A program made the translations under genes and the position numbers. From Lepidodermella squamata (Eukaryota; Animalia; Gastrotricha), in contig JBLDXI010000010.1 of the NCBI GenBank assembly GCA_047495785.1, positions 248,001-312,000 of the forward strand: DNA of 64,000 nucleotides, in the 5' to 3' direction. This document shows positions 52,489 to 64,000 of this stretch, in pieces; position 1 is the stretch's first letter, and each line of letters opens with the position of its first letter. The notes beneath the pieces are model-generated. The model was not told the DNA's origin and made no database searches. It saw only the letters and a program-made list of their open reading frames with translations.

Positions 52489-53661
52489 ATGTCTGAAATC
52501 AGCCAGCTGCTGGACGACGAGATTCCAAAATGGCGTCAACAATTGCTTTCTAATCGACATTCTTTACTAGAAGTCGCTCAATATTGCCGAAACCAATTCC
52601 GAACCGGTGCGGACAAACAAGCTGCGTTAGACCAATCACGCCTCTATTTGGTCCAGTCTCTCGCAAGTGTAGCTTATCAAGTTAACGGTTTAGCTAATGG
52701 CTTCCTAAATTTACTCGACCACGGCCAGTTGCAGTTGAATGATTTACGATCAGCTGTTTCTCAGCTTCAAGCCAGCGTTTCGATGTCTCAAGAGCGGGCA
52801 GCTAGGCGGCAAGTCGGTATGCTTACCCAAACTCGAGCTGCGCCAGTCTTGTTAAGCTCTCGTATCCATGGCATCGTATTTCCCGATACACTGGAGAAGC
52901 CAGGTCGTTATCAAAGGACTCCTTTAGATTTCACTTCGTTAGATAACCTGGGCCATGGCGTTAAAACACCACAGCCGTCCCAACAGCAGGCTTATTATGG
53001 GACGATCGGCCCTGGTAGTATCACCCAGCAACGGATTCATCGAGCTGCGTCTTCTACAGGTAGCAGTGGTGGCGGTCCTTTGCAACAGATGAATTCGGGG
53101 TCGAATTTGATGGGTATGATGCAAGCGCAGCAGCAACAAGGCCAGCAAATGGGACCAGGCTCTACCGTCAGTGGTTCAACAACCACGAGGAGACCCACTT
53201 TGAACAACACCCCGCAGCAATATGCGGCGTTGGTACCAATCGCTCCACCTACCGTGCCTGGCCAAAATCAAATGATGGCGCCTCCTCCCGATCCTTACGC
53301 GACTTTGTCGAGAATTCGGGGTAGCTACGTAACCGGGCAGTGGTGGGGTCAGGCGAATTCCGGTAATGGCATGCAGCAATTTCCTCAAATGGTCGACCAG
53401 ATGGGGGCGAGGTTCAGCCACATCGGCCCGCCTGCTTCAGTCTCGATTCCTAACCAACAAGCTGCGATGAATGTCGAGAAGGTGATTGCGACTTATGACT
53501 ACATCGCAGAACGCCAGGATGAGTTGAGTTTTAAAGAGAATTCGGTCATCATTGTTATTAAACGGAACGAAGACGGATGGTGGGAAGGGGCGCTCGAGAA
53601 CGATCCGAGTCAACGCGGCTTGTTTCCATCGAACTATGTCGAAGCTTTTTTGATGCAATGA
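52489..53661 (+). CDS. ABI: Abl interactor (WAVE complex subunit), intronless
   Basis: LLDDEIP..RQQL...QSLASVAYQVN, ARRQVGMLT, YQRTPLDFTSLDNLGHGVK, C-terminal SH3 (EKVIATYDY..DELSF..GWWEG..GLFPSNYVE). Confidence 0.95.
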   Translation: MSEISQLLDDEIPKWRQQLLSNRHSLLEVAQYCRNQFRTGADKQAALDQSRLYLVQSLASVAYQVNGLANGFLNLLDHGQLQLNDLRSAVSQLQASVSMSQERAARRQVGMLTQTRAAPVLLSSRIHGIVFPDTLEKPGRYQRTPLDFTSLDNLGHGVKTPQPSQQQAYYGTIGPGSITQQRIHRAASSTGSSGGGPLQQMNSGSNLMGMMQAQQQQGQQMGPGSTVSGSTTTRRPTLNNTPQQYAALVPIAPPTVPGQNQMMAPPPDPYATLSRIRGSYVTGQWWGQANSGNGMQQFPQMVDQMGARFSHIGPPASVSIPNQQAAMNVEKVIATYDYIAERQDELSFKENSVIIVIKRNEDGWWEGALENDPSQRGLFPSNYVEAFLMQ

Positions 53662-54566
53662 AAAACGATCTTATTTGCTATTTGAATTACGACTTCCAAT
53701 TTTCATTCGCTATTCTACGTTGTTTTCATTCGGTTGAATTTATTGAGACTATTTATTGCTTGGAATTGACGCACGGTCTTGTTGAAGCGAGACACAAATT
53801 TTCACGGCCTTCCTTAAAACTCAGCTCATTATTGATGAAATTTTCCATCGGCTGCAATATCGCCTGCTTATTGCTTGTTTTTGTGACAAAAAAATAAAAC
53901 ATGTGGACATTGACAGGCCGTTTTGATTGTTTTCAGTGTATTAAAAGAGGATTTCTCGTTAATCTGCAATTTAACGGAACAAAGTCTTAATTTTCGAGGC
54001 TCATCATGAAAGGCTTAATTTTTGAACAAGGAGATATATCTGATCAATTTTATTACTTTTGGTCACAAGGCATAACTTCTCGCTTTCACCAGTCAATCGA
54101 CACGGTACGGTAATTTTCCACAGCATCACTATATGAACAATGAGAAGTTATCGCAATATTACAATACTTAAAGCCGGATCTCATCCACGCAATGAGATCA
54201 CCAAGGACGAAAAACACGACATCGAGTTTGCACAGTTTGCGGTATAGAATGGGAAAAGGTGCACAGACAATGAATATTATCATTAGCGGCACCGAAACAG
54301 TCGGATTTTAGCTAGAAGGTGGTGTTTGCACATTCCTCTTGAACGAAGACTTGTCACTTCCAAAAACCTAAATCCGACCATTTTGGCGTCGCTAACGATA
54401 TTCAAGCGTAGGAGTATGAAATAGAAAAATGGTAAAAAACCGGCAGGCTTAGCGACATTGGAACTTAAATTCACAGTTCAAATAAAAACATAGCAACCTT
54501 AGTTCGATGACGTCACATTCAACCAAAACAGGCCACGCAGTTATTGAGATTTCGTAGTATTTCCGA

Positions 54567-56368
54567 TTAAATGTAGACATCCTCGGTTTGCTGCTCAATA
54601 ATATGTCTAACAGGTTTATTATTGCCCATAATCGGTGTCGTTACGGTATCAGCATCAAAATTATCTTCAGCCGTTATTGAATGATTGCTTTGCGATTTTT
54701 CCGGGACTTCAGAAGGTTGTTCGACGTATATTTGTGGCTGAGGGGTTACTACTGGAGCTGGCATCGGTGGCGTATAGTCGTAAGATGTGGGGGGCATGAC
54801 GGAGGGGGGTGATGAGCTCGCAGGGCCCGGTGCATAAGGATCATCAGCGTCGAACTGCGGAGGAACGCGTTGTTCGATCATAATGAACGACTGCCAAACT
54901 TTTAGCACCTTCTTGAACTCTTTCCTGAACCGACCGACAGTGAAGCAGAACAGGAAGAAATGAAGTGCGAAGTTTGAGAACATCAATAGTCTCACACTGG
55001 TGTAGATCAGTTGAAATTGAGCCTTGCCACGCGGGGAGTTGAAAAAGTTGGCTTCGCTCAGTATCGGCTCAAGTATGTCAAGGATGAATGCTGGGGTAGC
55101 AGTCAGCAGGAATTCTACGCTAGCTGCAATTGTCAACCGGGTTGTCGTTCGCTCCAGGTTAGCCTGGTCGTCCTGACTGCTGCCTTTGACCTTGGCGCTG
55201 ACGGGTGCCGACGTGAAGCGTTTCATAGCCGTTGGATGAGGCATGTTGATCTTACTGTTGCTTCCTCGTTCGTCAGTTGTTGAGTTTCGGACGCTATCGA
55301 CTCCTAAGCCACTTATGCGTTGGCCAGCTGTGATTGGGGCTGCGCTTGGAACACCGTCGACCAAAGCCGCAGCCTCTCCACCGGATATTGCTGGGTTCAG
55401 CTCTGGCGGCGGGCGGTACCTTTTGATTACTGGAGCTTCGATTTGATCATCGCTAAAGAAAAAAGTGAAACGTAAATAATGAGGAGCTCTGTCTTAATCA
55501 AGATCATATACCATTTGATTAGAGCACGATTTGCAGCGAGTTTCCTTGATATCAGGATGCTGGAAATTAGCATGAGAAAAAAGGGACCGACAACGAATCT
55601 GAAATTCCAGTGAAAGTGAGTACAAAGACAGAGATGACTAATCTTACGTTGCAAATGAAAGGTATGTATGGATTTGTTTGTTGTAGAAGACTAGGTCTGC
55701 GTTGTCAGTGAATTCTGTGCACTCGGATACAACAACGTATTTGACGTATTCTGTAGGTATCAGCGCAGTCGAGTTGACTGGGGCTAGGGCTTCAGGAGAT
55801 GCCGGGATGACGCGCCTCACAGTTTCTCGCCCGTAAGCTAAGAAGATATGGACGTTGAAGCCGGCAAAGAAGACGCATAACCCGAGGAATGCTATTTTAG
55901 CGGCGCGTGTTGTGCAAAGATCATTTGACCGCGATGGCGCGAACACCGTTACTAAACGATCCATCGATATAAATACTATGACCCAAGCACTGTGAAGAAA
56001 TAATAGTAACATTTTCTGATGAGGTACTTTGTAAGTTATACTCACGTAATATCCATAACGCAGTAGAGTAAAAAACGGTGAATTTTACAGACGATAAAAT
56101 GACTTTTCCGAATGTCGTAGTCGTAGACAGTTCGTAGCCAGTGGCGAGGGAGGCCGAGCCATAGGCAAGACAGACACATTATTGCGAGGCATTTGAAGAG
56201 CCAACTTGCGGCTGACCGATCTCCCAGCGTTGTTCTGTGAAGAATGTGGTAGGTGAGAACATTTCCGAATGTTCCGATCACCAGTAGAAGTGGGTATGTC
56301 CCAGCGACTATCACGTAAGTTGCCTGCGCCTCCCAAAAAGCGTCCTCTGGCTTAGCTGTTGGCTTCAT
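54567..56368 (-). CDS. Class A GPCR, FMRFamide/peptide-receptor-like, multi-exon
   Basis: TM1 IGTFGNVL, CKIHRF, ISMDRLVTVFAP, TM6 FLLTATP, TM7 SNFALHFFLFC..RFRKE. Confidence 0.88.
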
Positions 56369-58568
56369 ACTTGCAGCATTTCAAAGTCCTTTCGCAGAGA
56401 CGGCTTCTCGAAACCAAAATCGGAATAAGTTTGGATGACAATCAAAGGCAAAAGGGTAATCAGGCTAATGGATCATCAAAATTAACGATTCAGGGGAAAT
56501 TTCTGGCTTTCACTCGGACAAGAGCATATGCGAATTAAGAAGCGGAAAGCCTACGTATGAACATATTTTACTATGGATTGCGAGTGTTTTTCAAGCTGAA
56601 AAACGACTGCCGGTTTAAAGACAAAGAAATCTCAAGAGTGAAAGGAAAATTATTTAGTTTTGAACGCACGGGAGCGTAAGTGGGCACAAGCGAGAAAAGG
56701 CGCGCCTTTACTAGCTACAAGATGCTATAATATTGCGATTACGCTAATAATAATAATAACAAAAATAACAGTAGTATTCGACATCGTTCTGGAGAATCTT
56801 AGGCTTTCAAAATACGCGATCTAAACTCAGTAGCCTCTTTTAGTAACAGAATGCCTCTTAGTTATGCGACGACGAAACAGACGAAACAAGCCGGGTTTCG
56901 TCGGAAAAACCGATAGAACTTATAATCCAGCAGCTGAAGTAGCGCGATTTCTTAAGAGTAAAACCCGCAAGGATTATTGCGCAGCGTAATTGAGATCCTG
57001 TACATTCATGGATCGTACTTGGAGTGCAAACTACACGATTGTCGTTCCTGAAGATGAAGTGGGCTTTATATCAGGCCGTTTTAGGCAGATAACTTCCATT
57101 GAACATAAGTGCCGAGCATAATTGCCGAGAATAGCAGCCAAGAAATTTTAATATCTGTCCCTCAAAATCTGCCGAGTTTGATATGAATTGAACTGGCTCT
57201 TCTTCCCGCTTATAAGAGGGCCAATAAAATTCCAGTGTAATAGCGATTATTTTAACGCTAACACTAGTACTGCTAGTTAAACAAGAAAAATGCTAATTTT
57301 CGCCACGTGGGACAATGATGTAAAAATTCACTCGCAGTTGTATGTAATATATCGACCAAATCGATCGGCTATTGTATCGTCCTTTCGTGCACCCTGGGAC
57401 GATTAACCCTTAGGATAGTGAGTTTCCTTTACATTTATAAAGGTCAAACATTGAGTGAAAAGTAAACGATTGGGCTCGATGAATCACGAGAAACCAATAC
57501 CGAGTCATGTGCCAAGAAGTCAGCAATCGTCCATCAGTGTCAGATAGGAGATATATCGGCTTTAAAGCATTACACTATGGGAGAGTTTTTTTTCGCTCCG
57601 TGACTGACGCGCGCATCTGTGATAATATTAAACCGCACGCGGTCTTAGGGCGAATGCGAAAAAAACAATATTATTGAATGTCTATTATTGATATATTACG
57701 CGAGGCCGCAGGTCGATTTTTTTTACGATTTTCGATGTGTACACTGGCCGTCGCGCTTCGTTCGACAAGCCATATCGACATGGCGCAAACAAAAAAATCA
57801 CTGCGGGATGATGGCTGCGGGATATACAGCTGATATACATTATTTTAAGGCCGTCCTTTGTCAAAGTATTGGAGTGTACGCGATATATACATATTTGCGC
57901 AAAAAAGCAGCAAATATATTGTTTCACTCTCGCGTTTCTCGTCGATTCCACCGAGAGATAGACATTTCTGGCGTTATGCATTATTTGCCGAGAGAAATTC
58001 GGTTGCATCATCGGGAAATACTTGCGCTTTAGGATGCAGCGTGATATTTGACGCTATGCATAATTTATTGAGCTAATTATCTAATCAGTGAGTTTTAGTT
58101 GGAATTGTCTAGTAGTTTGGGAGCAATTGGCCAAAGCTATGGGGCTCGAAAATAACCAAAAACTCACTGATAGCTGATGAACATGGCAATTCTATCTCCA
58201 ATAACTGACTTCCACCTGTATAATTAGTATCTTCTGCGAAGGTGGAATAAACTGGAAAGCGTAATTAGATATCGATCAAAGAAAAGAGGACAGATTATAA
58301 TCAATTACGGAGTAATTAAGAGCAATATCTAGGAATGAGATTCATTTCTCATTTCCAACGGAAGTAAAATTGACAACGAGCCGAAATATTGGATGATTTG
58401 ACATTTCGGACACAATGTTGACTTGAGGAGGGCCGCACTCGCTGAGCGCACTCGATAATACGCGGAGTGCGACAACAGTGAGATAAACTGTTTGCTGTTT
58501 GCGCAAAACAAAGTAAAACGTACGTTTCCCAAGATTTTAAGATTAAACTATTCAATTGAGATAAGCTA

Positions 58569-58690
58569 GGTAGAGCCTTCCCCTATTCAAACCTTAGGAC
58601 AATTAGTAGGAATATTAGTCCTAAGGTTCAAACTTCCAATAGGCAACAATCAGCAAAACACTGTCCTGTAAATAGGGGATTAGATGTACC
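58569..58690. mobile_element. Small MITE-like fold-back element (~120 bp)
   Basis: Imperfect ends GGTAGAGCCTTCCCCTATT and AATAGGGGATTAGATGTACC; internal perfect 11-bp inverted repeat AACCTTAGGAC/GTCCTAAGGTT. Confidence 0.4.
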
Positions 58691-58956
58691 ATTAAAAGTA
58701 CCCAACGTAATACAATGGAAAAGGAGAATTAAGCAAAGTTTTATTTCTCGAAGCATCAGTCGCATTAAGCGTTCGCAAACGATCTTCTTGATAAGCAATG
58801 AAGACTGCAGCTCACACCTTGCCTCTTGTTAAATAATTAAAAAGGCCGTGATGCACAGCTGGCCACCTGCAGCCAATGTCGAAACAAAACAAGTTACGCT
58901 TTCACCACTGACAAATCAATACTTGACACGATTGATTGATTGGTTTCCAGGAGAGT

Positions 58957-60337
58957 CTAATTATTACCAACTGCTGTTAATGCAAAAGCAACGATATGAA
59001 TGCATAACGCAAGAAAGATGGCAACACCAGCAGCAAAACAGTCCAGTTTTTTCATCTTGTCCATTTTCGAACATGCCGAGAAAGGCAATTCGCATTTTCT
59101 TGTGGACTGCACCACGTCCACACTATCCGTAAAGATCTCGAACAACCTGCAAGCTGCTAGGGAGTAAATCGTTATAGCGGCTCCAAGGCACATGTTAGCC
59201 CCGATGTAGTACAGGAGGTAGACCGGCTGAGAAGTTTTAGGCAAAGTCGCCGTGAATGAGCCGACGTTGACGGAAGAAGCTAGGACTACCGTTATTGAAT
59301 AACCTGCTCTGTCAGGATAATCAGCCGGCATAAGGAATGTTGCAAGCTGCAAAACAGCCAGAACGACCGTCGGCATTATGACCACAGTCAGGTGATAAGC
59401 TGGGCGGCGCTTGAATTTGAACCAGAATTTCGCTCCTGAGTAAGGGCCCTCAGCGTAATACTCGAGCCATTCGGAGGAAAACTCCCATATTTCCGAGTCT
59501 TCTATGAATTTTTTGCCTGGAGGATGGTATATTTCCAAGTAAGTTATGTTGAGAGACTCAGAAAACGCGGTTATCTCGACTGAGCATTCTTGCACATCGA
59601 ATGGAAAACGAGTAAAGCTTAGGGAAAAGAACTCTTTAACTGTCATATGACATAATCAGGCCGTGTTTATGCTTACTCGAAAGAGCAAGATGAGTAAAGT
59701 CGGTTCTTGTTGATCATAGTGGCGATTCCTGATGAACTGACACTGACGAATTTATCCCCTTGCCTGAGAAACACATAACATAGGTAAGCTTCATCATATA
59801 GAATGAGTATCTCTTCTGTACCTTTCAAAGCTGTAAGTATCATAAATGGCATTCGTGTGCAGTATCAGGGGGTGAAAAATGCGTTTCTTCTCGTAAGGGC
59901 AGGATTGCGGCAACTTCGCCGTTCTTAGCATCGCCTCAAGACTCGCGCTAGCCGTTGGTCCAAATGAGCTCAAGTTATTCCACTGGGCGCACATCGGGAG
60001 TTGCCAAGAAGTGCGCATGTCAAACTGAGCAGAAAAGCTGACAGAATGGCTGGATTATGGGATTTTCTTAATTAATATAATTAAGCTTTTACCTCTGCGA
60101 GAGATCATCGAGTTCTACAAAAGCGATGACGTAAAGGCTAACATTTACACCAACTAGAGACAGGTTCTTGTCCAGGTAAGGAAGCGCCCGTGGACTCCGC
60201 AGGTAGGGGCAATTGATGGCTAAGAAGTCGCAGAGCTCATCTTCGGGAGCTGGACCTGGGACAGGCTTATAAACCTGTGCGCCTGCTGCATTCAAATAAT
60301 TCAAAACTTGGACAACAAGAACACCAATCAGTTTCAT
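58957..60337 (-). CDS. Divergent Cys-loop ligand-gated ion channel subunit (nAChR/5-HT3-like, non-alpha), about 4 exons
   Basis: Signal peptide; spliced Cys-loop CSFDFTRFPFDVQEC; FKRRP pre-M1; M1-M4 helices; LPKTS M2-M3 loop. Confidence 0.88.
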
Positions 60338-62357
60338 TGCGTCAGCTGTAAAATGACTTCGCTTTAGAGCTATTTCAGCCTGCATTCCAATCAAAGATAG
60401 CTAGCCGGCAGTGAATAAATATTTCCTTTCAATTATTCAGATCTGTTTTTAAGCATTATCAGATGCTTTCTGATTTGTCTGTTTTTAAACGACAGAAAAA
60501 TGCATTGCGGCAATCAAAATGTCCTAATGAAATTAGACAATGTTGAACTAATGCGTGGGGAGTGCCCTCAGGTGCGAAGCGCATATTTACCATTTTTCAT
60601 ATTTTACGACTTCATTAAAATAGCGAAAACAATGCTCCCCTGCACCTGCGACGACCGGCATTGGCGAATTCAAAAGTAAATTTGTGCTGCCCTTCGCGAT
60701 AGAATTTAGCAGAATTACACAGTAGCTATATGAACGAATCAATGTTTTGGAATGGGAAAACAAATTCGTGTCTTTTTTGAGGTAAAAATAACTGTTCCTC
60801 AAACAAAGATAACTTTTAGCAGTTAGCGATGTGCAGTTCTGCGAGAGTTTCAAGATATCTTGGAAAGATTCATCATAACGACGAATGAGTCATGGCCTTT
60901 GCAAAGCGGCTTCCCACGTCCTGTCGCTGTCCTGTCTGTGTTCGTCGACCTGGTCGCAGCTTTTGCAATCATCCACCGAGGCATCTAACACTACTTTCAT
61001 TTCAAGCAAAACTAGAAGGGCGTTTGAAACGCCAGCGATTCCCGATGTGAATGTCGTAGGTCGCGTTCGCATGCAAAAGAAACATTTTCGGTTTCAAATT
61101 CTAGAGATATTACAAAAGCGAAGATCTCCTAGCAGGCGGCTGATGCTAACTGAATTGCTTATGCCATTTCTTTGTGACCGAAGACTTTTCATTGCCTTAC
61201 TAAAGTGCGTTGGATGCGGAACCAGTGGAACCAGTGAATCCACAATTACCTGATTGGCTGGACGGTTTAAAGGCTGATTGGTTGGATCAAAAAAGCGCGC
61301 CATTTTTTTCCGTGATTGCACGTTTCAATAAATGTTTAAAATAACTTCGTGAACATGAGCAATATTTTTGAACCGTTTTCAACAACTGATAGATCAGGTC
61401 TTCGGTAAACTTTCCCGACAGTTTTTTTTAAATGGGATAAGAGCGAAACAATTGGTGACGAAAATGCTATTTGCGGTTAAATTTAAAAATTCTCATTTTT
61501 GAAAAATAGCAGATTTCAGGTTTTTTGGTTGAATGGCATCATCCATCATCCCGTGAAAAACATTAGGGGGTCATTTTCTTAGCTGGGAATTGGGTCCATA
61601 ACACGTCTCCATATAAGAGAAAATGAAATCAACACCCACAGAAAAGTTCTTATTCACCAACATGGATCCGAAATGGCTTTTTGAATTTTTTGAGTGATCT
61701 GTGCCAACCTGGTGAAGCCGCAAATTTCGGACAGGGCGGTTCGAAGCGGCTAGAACGAAAAAAATCTAAAGGCTGAGCGACACCAAAATTAAGGTTAAAC
61801 CGCGTTTTATCCGTTCTTTGCCGTTGCATTCCGTCAAAGTGAGCGTCGCCAGGTGTCGCATGCCGTCAAATGCCGTGCTATGGCTTTGAGTGTACCGTCG
61901 GTTATATCGGTTATAAATTACTACCATCTTTACGCGGTCTGCAACGGGACCCGTCAGTTTTTTCGGTATTATATTTTCGGTTGTAAAGCCGTTATTTACA
62001 TGGGGAATGTTCATGGGGAATGTCATCATTAGTTTCAAACTTCTCACTTCATACGTTCGGCCATATTCCAGAATATGGTAAAGTTTCGATTTTCGTCGAA
62101 ATACCAGTAAAAAACCTTTCAACTTTGATAGGTGGGCTGAATCTTCCATCTTCAACTCATCTTCAAAATCAACGTCATCAGCAGAGTCAGATCATCATGA
62201 ATCTGATCATCACACTCTGATCATCAAATTCTCAACAAATCCATTTTGATCCCATAAAACTCATCGCTAGTTGTTTCAAATCAGGTCTCTCGCATCCCGA
62301 CAGGTTAAGATGGTGTTCCGATAAATTAAGCTCAGCTCTGATGTAATAATGCAATAA

Positions 62358-62597
62358 AATGCGATTCAAACACTTTTCAAGCTGAACCCGGTCGGCAGCT
62401 ACTCAACACGTAACACTGAGCCAATGTTCAAGCCGACGTATTTGTCAGTTCGTGGTACGTTGAGCCTTAGCTATCGCGGTCCCGATCTCTGGAATCAACT
62501 GCCTGCAGAAGCTCAAAATGCTGAGTCAGCTGAAGCGTGCCGCTCAAATGTTTATGCTTATTTTTACGAAAGAAATTCCACTGGTTTAGGCCTATGA
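62358..62597 (+). mobile_element. 3' end of a CR1/L2-type LINE ORF2 (5'-truncated)
   Basis: Frame YSTRN...SLSYRGPDLWNQLPAEAQNAES matches the typical C-terminal WNxLP motif of CR1/L2-group ORF2. Confidence 0.75.
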
Positions 62598-62656
62598 TAA
62601 ATTCGATACACTATATATTTTTATAATGCTGCGATGCTGTTTTGTTGTGATGTTAT

Positions 62657-63502
62657 TAGTGGCTTTTACACTGGCTTTTTTGACTCAGTGTAAAACAGGG
62701 TAATTAACGTCAACCGGTTTTCAACCGATGGTGTGAACACCTAAAAAACATGGGTCAGTTAAGTTTTTTTAACGGCACCCGGATGGGGTTGCTTAACGTG
62801 TTAAAAATCACGTTTATAACGTCAACCAGTTTGAAACAGGTTGCATAAAATAGCAGTGTGAACACTATTTAACGTCAACGTGTTGAAATTTACCATTCCC
62901 GCTCGAGTCACCATTCTTTTGATGCCGCGATAAAATTTACCTGGACGCGGAAAATTCTTCTAAAAATAGGATATTAACTCTGCTGAATTTTCTGCATTTT
63001 ATGACACCAAAATCCTCGCAGTACTATAACCGTGCAATTTTCTGGATAAATTATGCTTTGCAAAGGTTTAGCTAATTTTTATGATGGAAATTTTATCGGA
63101 ATATGCATTGGAAATCGCTGTGACAAATTTACAGTCCAACTGGCCACCACGGAGTGCAAAGTACTTCTTAGCCAAGTTTTTCTGTGCTAGCAAAAATTCA
63201 AAATTCTGGTAGCTTCCCAAAACTACTCCGAAATTTTTTTGAAAATAATATAAATTTTTCTTAACCTATGGGTTATCAAAATTAGGTATTACTTTTGCAG
63301 CAATCAAAAATACCTGATGTAGGTACACATTTTCAATCATTTTATAGTTCTATTAAACGTAGTTTTAAGCAACCGATATAACCTTGCGTGTAAACGACGG
63401 CAGTTTGCAACGGCTATTACGCAACAAGCCGAGTTATTAATTAGGTTTAAACCGTCAACGCGTTGAAGTTGTTTGGCAAAAAAGCCAGTGTAAAAGCCAC
63501 TA
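62657..63502. mobile_element. MITE with perfect 26-bp TIRs (Harbinger-like termini)
   Basis: TAGTGGCTTTTACACTGGCTTTTTTG (62657-62682) and its exact reverse complement (63477-63502). Flanks are duplicated (TTAT, or ATT if the element is 62658-63501). Subterminal AACGTCAAC repeats. Confidence 0.9.
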
Positions 63503-63519
63503 TTATGATTTTGTTATTT

Positions 63520-63749
63520 TAATATATGTTAGAACACCGAGTTTTGATTCTAATCGAGAAAACGCGTAATTAGAAAAAAATCCGCCGTTAAGGCGGAGTT
63601 TTTTATAATCTCGAGTAAACGAAGACGAGTGAAAAACGAGCAAGCGGAACGAGGCGCAGCCGAGTGGAGCGCGAGTTTTTCACGAGTCGAAGTTTACGAG
63701 AGGCAGCGTTTTCGAGATTAGTATCAAAACGAGTGATCTAACATTATTA
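63520..63749 (+). repeat. Long imperfect palindrome / branched hairpin with tandem GA mismatches (probable transposon terminal structure)
   Basis: Arms pair from ATGTTAGA (63526) to TCTAACAT (63744) around a GGC-GCA-GCC apex at 63653-63661. Confidence 0.85.
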
Positions 63750-64000
63750 GAGCACGGCTTCTAATTTTCAGGGACTGAGTTACGCGAGTTTTTTCACCTC
63801 ATTTTATTCACATTTCTGCTTTAAGTGAGCATCAACTAGTACCTCGCCGAACATGCCCAGCTCATGGAAATTATGTCCACCTTTGAGAGCGAAGCCAATT
63901 TACTGAAATCGCTGCGCCTAGCAATGCGAAATTTGTGCCAGTTTTGCAACGCTCGCATTATTGCATTATTGCTAACACTGGTGTGTGCGTGTTTTATTGA

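Noticed and set aside
59580-59646. Apparent loss of the first Cys-loop cysteine in the ORF track (SLSFTRFPFDVQEC)
   Set aside because: Intron artefact; splicing restores CSFDFTRFPFDVQEC.
60587-62220. Short ORFs of 60-129 aa upstream of the channel gene
   Set aside because: No domains or consistent splice pattern; probably promoter or TE debris.

Overview
This window is eukaryotic nuclear DNA from an invertebrate animal with a compact genome; most introns are GT-AG and about 45-60 nt. About 21 protein-coding genes are supported once introns are spliced by eye: DCAF1 (5' part), CNDP2, C1D, a 2OG-Fe(II) oxygenase, MRPL11, TMX1/4-like, cathepsin L-like, a NEK-like kinase with C-terminal ankyrin repeats, ACP7, PPIL2, HORMAD-like, AP2S1, SEL1L, MCTS1, PLD3-like, LIG3, Golgi alpha-mannosidase II, L3MBTL, ABI, a peptide-type GPCR and a divergent Cys-loop channel. 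It also holds MITE and LINE remnants and several degenerate ORFs. Four observations stand out. (1) Head-to-tail gene runs have spacers as short as 73-110 bp and an unpaired splice acceptor just before the ATG, which suggests operons resolved by SL trans-splicing. (2) A ~230-nt fold-back element has mismatches that are mostly tandem G.A pairs around a GCA triloop, a strand-specific ssDNA structure. (3) A dense, partly helically phased cluster of ACGTTTT motifs lies upstream of L3MBTL. (4) The kinase/coiled-coil/ankyrin gene has a NEK-ankyrin layout best known from Giardia. All homology calls come from remembered family motifs, not database searches; exon borders and motif counts were done manually.
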